Source: Macrostomum lignano | Lineage: Eukaryota | Assembly: GCA_002269645.1 (NCBI GenBank) | Contig: NIVC01005139.1 | Span: forward strand, 1 to 25,067 | Length of the DNA: 25,067 bases | Direction of reading: 5' to 3' | Shown here: in pieces, positions 1 through 25,067 of the stretch | How the letters are laid out: every line of letters begins with the position of its first letter | Numbering within the stretch: position 1 is the stretch's first letter | Program-made: the position numbers and the translations under genes | Notes under the pieces: model-generated | Seen by the model: the letters and a program-made list of their open reading frames with translations, nothing else | What the model was told of the DNA's origin: nothing | Databases searched by the model: none

Positions 1-582
1 ATTCGTAGTGAAAGTGAAGTTAGCATTAGCAGCACTGGCGCTGCCGAGGGGAACGCTACGGGGATTTGTGTATGAGGAAACCAAGACTTAATTGGCTGGC
101 AGGTATTTAATAATACATACACCATTACGAATATAGAGTCAAGGCTGCCGGGGGAGGGGAATGAGAAGGGGATGAAGTGGTGGTCGACAGGACACGCGGA
201 TCCGAGTGCTTCTATATCCGAATATTACTGCTTCAGCTGTCGCCACTACACGAGAGCAGACACGGCCGGAGGGTCGGAGATTCGGAAAGAGAGGGCAAGA
301 GGCCAGCTGCAATCTCCCACTAAGCTGGGCCAAGTCTTGTCCCGCCCTCTCCCATTAACCTCGATATCCTTCGATACACACACACAGAATAGTAATGGGA
401 CAGCTAGAAGCAATTTACCCGGCTTAAGAAATATATCTCAAAATAAATCTTAGCATCTCCGCTAGGGCCAGAGACAGACTCTGTCAGAGATCTCGCACTG
501 GACCGGAGCAGTGAAGCCAAGGACTCAACCCAATGTCTAGATGAAGCTTGCTCTGTATCCTAGAGTTAACACCACATGAAGG

Positions 583-1212
583 ATTAGGGAAGGGATAAGT
601 GCCAATTAAAAAATTAAGGAAGGGATAAGCGCCACTTGATGAAAAATTAGGAAGGATAAGCGCACTTGAAAGATTAGGAAGGGATAAGCGCACTTGAAAC
701 ATTAGGGAAGGGATAAGCGCCACTTGAAAAATTAGGGAAGGGATAAGCGCCACTTGAAACATTAGGGAAGGGATAAGCGCCACTTGAAAAATTAGGGAAG
801 GGATAAGCGCGCACTTGAAACATTAGGGAAGGGATAAGCGCCACTTGAAAATTAGGGAAGGGATAAGCGCCACTTGAAACATTAGGGAAGGGATAAGCGC
901 CACTTGAAAAATTAGGGAAGGGATAAGCGCCACTTGAAACATTAGGGAAGGGATAAGCGCCACTTGAAAAATTAGGGAAGGGATAAGCGCCACTTGAAAC
1001 ATTAGGGAAGGGATAAGCGCCACTTGAAAAATTAGGGAAGGGATAAGCGCCACTTGAAACATTAGGAAGGGATAAGCGCCACTTGAAAAATTAGGAAGGG
1101 ATAAGCGCCACTTGAAACATTAGGGAAGGGATAAGCACCACTTGAAAAATTAGGGAAGGGATAAGCGCCACTTGAAACATTAGGGAAGGGATAAGCGCCA
1201 CTTGAAGATTAG
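583..1212. repeat. 30-bp minisatellite ATTAGGGAAGGGATAAGCGCCACTTGAAA(A/C), about 21 copies
   Basis: Direct reading; explains the VALIPSL(M/I)FQ repeat ORFs. Confidence 0.95.
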
Positions 1213-1353
1213 AGAAGTGAGAGCTGGATTAAGAAGCAAGGTGTACTACTAATTAAAGAACTCTGATAGTCCACCAGCTGGACGGCTACGGGCCCATTTC
1301 TAGCAACTATCCCCACCAGAAAAATCCCTCAAAATGCAGGTTCGAACACCCAC

Positions 1354-18352
<16,999 letters not shown>

Positions 18353-20807
18353 AGCTAATCGATAACCAACTGCACTGGTGACTTAGCTAGTGCAGCGCTA
18401 TAATCCTATGGGGCTGCGGCAGCTTGGCTGTGTGGACTGGTGCCCCTGTGCTTAATTGCCTGACTTTGTACTGCAGCTCCAAGCAGCCACGGACTGTAAT
18501 GAAGTAAACAATACATGAATGAAACTGAAAAACCCTTTAAGTAACCATTTGTTACAGCTTTTTCATTTATTGAATAGTTTAGAAAGAAATATATCCTCTG
18601 ATCAATCATGTTATATTATTTTCATGCTAAAGTCAAGGTAAATGTGAAGTATTAATGTTGCAGTATGTCTTTTTATAAACGAAAAGTGTACAGACTGATA
18701 ATAATTTAGATTCATGATTCCAACAATACTCAAAAAAATTATCACATTTTGCAAGTGCTAACACTAAGTTGATAGTTCTAAATACCTATAAGTTTTATTA
18801 TTTATAGCATTGGTAAAATATATATTCAGAAGAATTAATTTAATGGCTTTTTATTTCCTATTATATATTTAGACTACAATTAGCATCAAGCAATTTATTA
18901 GCCACATTGCATGTACTGTCATGGAAAAATTTTAAATTGAACAGAGCAAGTTCAAACAAAACCAGTTAAGCCTTTTTTCTCTAATCAATCATATAGATAC
19001 CCACCTACCTACCAATATTTTTAGTATATAGAATATATTTGGTATAGAATATCAAAATTTAAGTACAATAAAATAAAATAAATAAATTTATTTATGCAAT
19101 CATTTATATTATAACTTGATAGTATTAAAATTTTTATAAATATTTAGATACATAGATTTGCCCAAATAATATAAGCAAAGCATTTTTAAAAATAATAGTT
19201 TTGAATATTAATCAGTTATAATTGCTCATATTCAGAAATAATTTAATAAAGACAAATCTTTAAGTAAATTTCCAAGAAAAAATTAAATAGAGAATTAGAA
19301 TGCTTTTAACATATCTTACAATATTATGATTTGTATATATTTCAATAGTCAATTTAAAGGGATGAAAAGGGCACATGCCCCTAAAATTTAGATTTGATTT
19401 TTATGCTAATAAAACATTATTAAATAAATAAATAATTAAAAATATATTCTATGCCCCTACCAAATTCAAAATTTTCTAGATTTGCATCTAACTAAAAAGG
19501 ATTTCCCCATATATTTCAAGTAAACTAGTCTATAATGTTTTTATTCTAGCCAAAACCTTTTCTTTAGGTTTAGTCCTAGCATTTATGTTAATACTTTTCA
19601 TTATTTTTTCTTTGATATTATACTATTTTAGGATTCTTGTAGGCAAAATCTTGCCAAATAGTGCACATAATCAAAATCATATATGGTTTTTAACCTAGAT
19701 GCTAGGACACCAAAAAAAATTATTCACCCCTCCCCAAAAAACACCAATTTTATGCTAAATGGCATAAAATACAATTTTTACTTATGCCAATAAATTCATT
19801 TTGTGCCTAGCCCTAAGCAAATATAACTTTATACACCTAGTCATAAACCATATTAATGCCTAATGGCAAAAATGAACCCAGTATATTTCTTATGCTAGAG
19901 AACTATCTCTTCTATAGCCTCCTCTATGCTAGAGGATAATTTAGGCATAAACTCAATCATTCAAGGATAAATTCTAATAGTCATAGTAAAAATAGAGTTA
20001 AGCCTAAGGCTTGTCATGGACTCGTAATGATAATGATTATGATTATGGACTCGCATGCATAATCATCTAAAAATAACAAAATCAAGCAGTAAAGCATTGA
20101 ATAAAAGGCATTTTCTATAAAAAATAAGCTCCTCAGCAAGGCTCTATTCAAACATTGACTCGTTTAGTATTTCTCGATGTATTAATTTTTCTTTTTACTT
20201 GAGGCTTGAGTTGAAAGTTATAACTTTCACCCCCGGTAGTTAGTAAAGAATTCACTCACCAAAAATAATAGTAATAATAATAGCTATTAGTTATATAAAT
20301 TTCGAAATTTCTTTATTTCGTTTGAATTTTTTCGCGAACACATTTTGCCGCTAGACTAACAAATTATGTGGTAAATTATCGTTATTTTTGCAAGCGTTTA
20401 ATTAACAAGCTTAGTTTATATTTTAGATTTTTATAATGCAGAAACTATTGGCTTTCAGTTATTCTTTTAAAAAAATTGGAAACGGATTAAAGTCTAAATC
20501 GGATTAAACGGAAAGGAAGTTTTTTATTCCTTTGCGCAGCCACTGGCGCTTCAAAATTAACTATGAACCATAGATGGAAAGCATATTTGATTGCAAGTAC
20601 TCAATTGCTTTCAGTAAAATGCGCATTGAAAGTTACATTTACATTAACTTCTTAGTGTGATATTTCAAAGGAAACTTTTTGAAACGCAATCGATTCCAGG
20701 AAATCGCTTGCTCTATTTCTCTTCATCTGTTTTTATCAGTGTCGGAGATTCGGAGTATCTTTTGTTGATTTTTAGTTCTTCGTGAGACGTATGAGTAAAG
20801 ATTAAAG
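18353..20807. promoter_or_regulatory. AT-rich region between the divergent start codons; probably a shared promoter plus a 5'-UTR intron of FNDC3
   Basis: Visibly AT-rich from about 18500 to 21400. On the minus strand there is a consensus donor GTGAGT at 20259-20254 and an AG two nt upstream of the FNDC3 ATG. Promoter function is inferred from position only. Confidence 0.5.
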
Positions 20808-20887
20808 ATGAATTCAGTCTGGATATCTTTCTGTTTTTCAATAATGCTATTAAATAATCTTAAAATCCTGGGCGCCGACGGATTAAG
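20808..20887 (+). CDS. POFUT2: POFUT2 exon 1, signal peptide ([26 protein letters not shown])
   Basis: ATG at 20808, hydrophobic stretch, phase-2 donor AG|GTTTGA that joins exon 2 in frame. Confidence 0.75.
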
Positions 20888-23800
20888 GTTTGAATTTATA
20901 AATCTGGCTGAGAGTTTTACCTTTTCTACATACTTTTATGTTAGGGCATTTTTAAGATTTTTTTAAATAGTTTGTGACTAAAAAATTAGTTTTTTATCCT
21001 TATAATTTTAATAATAGAAATATCTAAACTGTGGATCAATATTTTATCATTACAAGTTGCTGCTAATATTTATATTTTCTTGTTTGAATACAATGTCAAT
21101 TGATTTCTTTTAGATTTTTAGATAGACTTTTAGATATGCTATTTAAAAAATGATTTTTTTTATATTAAAGGCTTTTAATAATGATTTTTTACTATATTTG
21201 AAGGCATTCACATTTGTTCATAACAAATACTCAAATGCATAAATATATAATCTTATTTTAGAACCAGCTATTTGCTATATGATGTTAACTATGGAGAAGG
21301 ATTTAACCTGCGACGTGATGTCTATATTAGATTTGCCAACCTGGTCAGGTATGAGCTTACTAAGAGCTAATAATCAATTATATTTTTATCATCTGTGCTT
21401 TTGATAAAAACTACATTATCTAGAGACTTAATTACTAATTTTAGATTTTTAAACTTATACCAATCTCAAACTAAGTGGACTCTGGTACTTCCACCCTGGG
21501 GACAATTGTACCACTGGTTTAACAATCGCAGCTTGGGCCAGCTGCCTTGGTCAACTTTCTTTGATTTACCAAGCCTCAATCTATTCGTGCCTGTGCTGGA
21601 GTTCGACCAATTCCAAGCCGGTTTGTTTGCACATAACACAGAATTCAAACATTCTCAAAAGTAATGCTCAAATTTTAGGAATTCCCAAAAACATTTTTCC
21701 AGAAACCAACAGGTCCCGATCAGCAAAGTATACTACATGGAGAGCCTGCCTTTCACTGATGGAAAATGGCTCGAGAGGGTAGAACCGCGGCCTTGCAAAG
21801 GAAGACACTCTTATTACTACTCGTCTGTGAGTCGTTCGGTGCGTGTATAAAAATAATAGCTAAATTGAATTGATTCAAAAGTCATTCAAACTAGAAAACT
21901 TTGACGCCGGGACTGGACGTCTCCTTTTTTAAATTAAATGTAAAAAAATATTTCTGTAAAGACAAAAAATGGATCAATTAGGCCTATTAAAACGACTTTT
22001 AAGTTGATTGTAATTATGTAAATTTGCCTCTGAGTCGCTCTGTGGATGTAGGGAGAAGAACAGGGAACGGCAGCAAGAGACTGCCGGCATTCGGCGGGGG
22101 GCATTAGCCCCCATTGATACCATGACAGAGCGAGTATTTTAGTGATTAAATTAGCGTTTCTTCTACCCGTCTACCAACTGAAGACTCACCAGCACTGGTT
22201 CGGCTGGATGTACGGCTACGGCGAGCGCCAGCCAATCAGCGAGTTCTCCTGTCTGGGCGTTCAGGCCGAGGCCAAAACTCTGGTTGACTTCGTGGTCAGC
22301 CTGGGCCCCGTCAGGTGAGTGAGTCTAAAGTTGTACTTCTTCTATTTTAGTCATGTTTTAACTCGACACTCTTGATCAGCAACTAATTTACTGAATCTAA
22401 CTTCAGTCCCACACCATGAAAGCCTAATCCCACACTATCTTCCACCTAGCCTCATCCCATACCATCACCCACACAGCCTCATCCCATACGATCTTCCACC
22501 CAGCCTCATCCCATACTATCACCCATACACAGCCTCCTCCCACACCATCACCCACACACAGCCTCCTCCCACACCATCACCCACACACAGCCTCATCCCA
22601 CACCATCACCCACACACAGCCTCCTCCCACACCATCACCCACACACAGCCTCATCCCACACCATCACCCACACACAGCCTCATCCCACACCATCACCGAC
22701 ACACAGCTTCATCCCACACCATCACCTACACATAGCCTCATCCCACACCATTTGCCACCCATCCTCATCCCACACCATCTTCACCCAGCCTCATCCCGCA
22801 CTATTTTCAACTCAGCCTCATCCCACACCATCGTCACCCAGCCTCATCCCACACCATCTTCCACCCAGCATGATTCCATACTATTCCCCGCGCACAGCTT
22901 CATCCCACAAAATTTCTTACCCATATTCATCTCAAACTGAAACATTGATTACCCAAGCATTCTCCCTGTTGAATTCAATCTGACAGAAGCGTCATGTTTG
23001 ACCGTGGCGAGTCAGTAATTCACGGCAGCTACAGCGAGTGGAGTCCGAATGGTGGACCGTGAGTGACTGCTTTTTGCAGCTAAGTTCTCAAGGTACGAGA
23101 TATATTTAAATTATAAATTATAACATTTGACGGTTCTATAATCTGCCGTTAGGCCCGACGCAGCATGGTCTTCTCAAAGCGGTTGCGCAAGCTCGCTGCA
23201 GAATTTCGCCAGCAATATTTGAGCTCGACAGATGTGGCTGATGGAACTGTGCGACCTGCGGACTGGCGGCGGCTGCGGGTGAGACTTGCTGATGAGGCTG
23301 TGTGTCGGTGATGGTGTGAGTTGAGGCTGTGTGTGGGTGATGGTGTGGGTTGAGGCTGTGTGTGGGTGATGGTGTGGGTTGAGGCTGTGTGTCGGTGATG
23401 GTGTGAGTTGAGGCTGTGTGTCGATGATGTTGTTGGATGAGGCTGTGTGTCGGTGATGGTGTGGGTTGAGGCTGTGTGTGGGTGATGGTGTGAGTTGAGG
23501 CTGTGTGTGGGTGATGGTGTGGGTTGAGGCTGTGTGTCGGTGATGGTGTGAGTTGAGGCTGTGTGTCGATGATGTTGTTGGATGAGGCTGTATGTCGGTG
23601 ATGGTGTGGGTTGAGGCTGTGTGTGGGTGATGGTGTGAGTTGAGGCTGTGTGTGGGTGATGTGTGAGTTGAGGCTGTGTGTCGGTGATGGTGTGAGTTGA
23701 GGCTGTGTGTCGATGATTTTGGATGAGGCTGTGTGTCGGTGATGGTGTGGGTTGAGGCTGTGTGTGGGTGATGGTGTGAGTTGAGGCTGTGTGTGGTGAT

Positions 23801-24802
23801 GGTGTGGGTTGAGGCTGTGTGTCGGTGATGGTGTGAGTTGAGGCTGTGTGTCGATGATGTTGTTGGATGAGGCTGTGTGTCGGTGATGGTGTGGGTTGAG
23901 GCTGTGTGTGGTGATGGTGTGAGTTGAGGCTGTGTATGGGTGATGGTGTGAGTTGAGGCTGGTGTCGGTGATGGTGTGAGTTGAGGCTGTGTCGGTGATG
24001 GTGTGAGTTGAGGCTGTGTTTCGGTGATGCTGTGGGATGAGGCTGTGTGTGGATGATAGTTTGGGATGAGGCTGTTTTTGGGTGAGGATGGGGAATGAGG
24101 CTGTGTAGGTGATGTTGTGAAATGAGGCTGTGTGTGCGTGATGGTGTGTGATGTGGCTAGTTGGGAGTTGTTATGGGATAAGCCTGTGGCACGATGGAAC
24201 AAAATGTGTGACATATCCCTTTGGCACTGGCCCACTGCTCACTGCATGCACTGAGCGAACACCGCAACCTGCTGTGCAACACCGTCCAGGCAGCGGAAGG
24301 CTCGGCCATAGGCGGTCCCTATCTCGCAGCCCACCTGCGCCGGCTGGACTTTCTGCGAGCCCACCCGGATGCCACACCGTCAATTGGCTCAGCGGCCAGT
24401 CAGCTCATCCGTCTGTCCCGGTCGCTGGGCCTGAGCACAGTGTTCCTAGCCACGGACGATCCCGAGGCGGAGTCGCAGCTAACTGAGCAGTTGCTCAAGG
24501 CCGCGGGCTGCCGACATCCGGCTTGTTCGATTCGCCAACTCCGCCGCGGCCGAGCGCTGACAGACGGCGAGCTGGCCATCCTTGACCAGATTGTCGGCTC
24601 GCACGCCGCCATTTTGTTGGCAGCCGCGCGTCCACCTTCACCTACCGCTCGTCGAGGAGCGCTCGCTGTTGGCTTCGCGCTCGTCAAGTATCGGTGTGTT
24701 CTGCAAAGGCGTCGAGGACGACTGCGAGCCGGGCACTTACTGGGCGCCGCAGTACGAGCCGAGGTTCACCCTGACTGCGAAAACTCTAGGGAGGAGCTGT
24801 GA
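20808..24802 (+). CDS. POFUT2: GDP-fucose protein O-fucosyltransferase 2, 8 coding exons
   Basis: Hallmark POFUT2 motifs appear in order: [89 protein letters not shown]-terminal hydrophobic signal peptide. GT-AG introns are phase-compatible once 1-nt deletions are restored. Confidence 0.93.
21262..21348 (+). CDS. POFUT2: POFUT2 exon 2 ([28 protein letters not shown])
   Basis: ttttAG acceptor, GTATGA donor, 87 nt, phase 2 to 2. Confidence 0.92.
21445..21620 (+). CDS. POFUT2: POFUT2 exon 3 ([24 protein letters not shown]...EFDQFQA)
   Basis: ttttAG acceptor, donor GTTTGT at 21621, phase 2 to 1. Confidence 0.88.
21703..21826 (+). CDS. POFUT2: POFUT2 exon 4 ([42 protein letters not shown])
   Basis: ttttccAG acceptor, GTGAGT donor. 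124 nt as assembled, one base short of the required phase (likely a missing G at about 21712). Confidence 0.8.
22184..22314 (+). CDS. POFUT2: POFUT2 exon 5 ([31 protein letters not shown]...)
   Basis: Matches the GWFWGY...SCLSVQG-type segment of POFUT2. GTGAGT donor, phase 0 to 2. An alternative in-frame acceptor would start the exon at 22193. Confidence 0.85.
22410..22910. repeat. 29-bp minisatellite CAGCCTCATCCCACACCATCACCCACACA, about 17 copies, in POFUT2 intron 5
   Basis: Period 29 (22561 to 22590); degenerate at both ends. Confidence 0.93.
22987..23058 (+). CDS. POFUT2: POFUT2 exon 6 ([24 protein letters not shown])
   Basis: gacAG acceptor, GTGAGT donor. 72 nt, one base short of phase (CCG[G]AA at about 23047). 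Confidence 0.85.
23153..23278 (+). CDS. POFUT2: POFUT2 exon 7 ([42 protein letters not shown])
   Basis: ttAG acceptor, GTGAGA donor, 126 nt, phase 0 to 0. Confidence 0.9.
23293..24150. repeat. 29-bp minisatellite GAGGCTGTGTGT(G/C)GGTGATGGTGTG(G/A)GTT, about 30 copies, in POFUT2 intron 7; reverse complement of the 22410-22910 array
   Basis: Period 29 (23352 to 23381). The reverse complement AACCCACACCATCACCCACACACAGCCTC differs from the intron-5 unit at one position. Confidence 0.95.
24290..24802 (+). CDS. POFUT2: POFUT2 terminal exon 8; the exact stop depends on frameshift correction (24802 or 24875)
   Basis: ccAG acceptor. Reads [25 protein letters not shown]...VFLATDD...[35 protein letters not shown]...[19 protein letters not shown] across several 1-nt shifts. 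Confidence 0.85.
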   Translation, partial: AAEGSAIGGPYLAAHLRRLDFLRAHPDATPSIGSAASQLIRLSRSLGLSTVFLATDDPEAESQLTEQLLKAAGCRHPACSIRQLRRGRALTDGELAILDQIVGSHAAILLAAARPPSPTARRGALAVGFALVKYRCVLQRRRGRLRAGHLLGAAVRAEVHPDCENSREEL

Positions 24803-24879
24803 ATGGGCGGCTGGCATTGTTTATAGAGTTTACCTGAATAGCATAGTTCGTTTTTTGAAATCGTTGAATTTCTAGTGGC

Positions 24880-25067
24880 GAGATTTTGAGTCACGTGATT
24901 TCTAGTGGCAAGATTTCTAGTCACGTGCTTTTAGTCCCGTGACTTCTGATTTCTAGTCACGTGATTTCTAGTCAGTCACGTGATTTTCTAGTCACGTGAT
25001 TTCTAGTCACGTGATTTCTAGTCACGTGATTTCTAGGAGTCACGTGATTTCTTGTCACGTGATTTCT
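24880..25067. repeat. 15-bp repeat GTCACGTGATTTCTA containing palindromic CACGTG; runs to the window edge
   Basis: Nine CACGTG cores counted between 24890 and 25062. Confidence 0.9.

Noticed and set aside
139-560. Next FNDC3 exon (rest of FN3 repeat 6) near the left edge
   Set aside because: No FN3-like translation found in any minus-strand frame; the exon presumably lies outside the window.
484-1062. ORFs with VALIPSLMFQ repeats
   Set aside because: Translations of a 30-bp minisatellite that happens to lack stops in that frame; intronic.
21661-21702. Alternative 42-nt intron that would avoid the POFUT2 exon 4 frameshift
   Set aside because: It would insert about 14 non-homologous residues. 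The phase-1 junction plus one restored base gives a gap-free match ([16 protein letters not shown] versus human QFIAESGGPFIDQVYV, from memory).
23174-24235. 353-aa His/Thr-rich ORF on the minus strand
   Set aside because: Translation of the 29-bp satellite, antisense to POFUT2 intron 7 and exon 7.

Overview
Eukaryotic (metazoan) genomic DNA with two divergently transcribed, intron-containing genes. On the minus strand is an FNDC3/miles-to-go-type fibronectin type III protein: ATG at 18352, six coding exons down to about 1354, with the gene running off the left edge. On the plus strand is an apparently complete POFUT2 (GDP-fucose protein O-fucosyltransferase 2): eight exons, 20808-24802. The two start codons flank an AT-rich block. 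About 30% of the window is intronic mini- and microsatellite, roughly 15 separate arrays. GC-rich, Gln-rich exons plus satellite-filled introns suggest a flatworm such as Macrostomum, but this is inference only. Both genes carry many apparent single-base deletions, densest toward the two window ends, which fits long-read consensus error better than pseudogenisation. The most notable structure is one 29-bp satellite family present in opposite orientations on either side of POFUT2 exons 6-7, a candidate for pre-mRNA folding that drives back-splicing or exon skipping. All gene models were built by hand from protein-family recall and GT-AG phase consistency; no database search was run.
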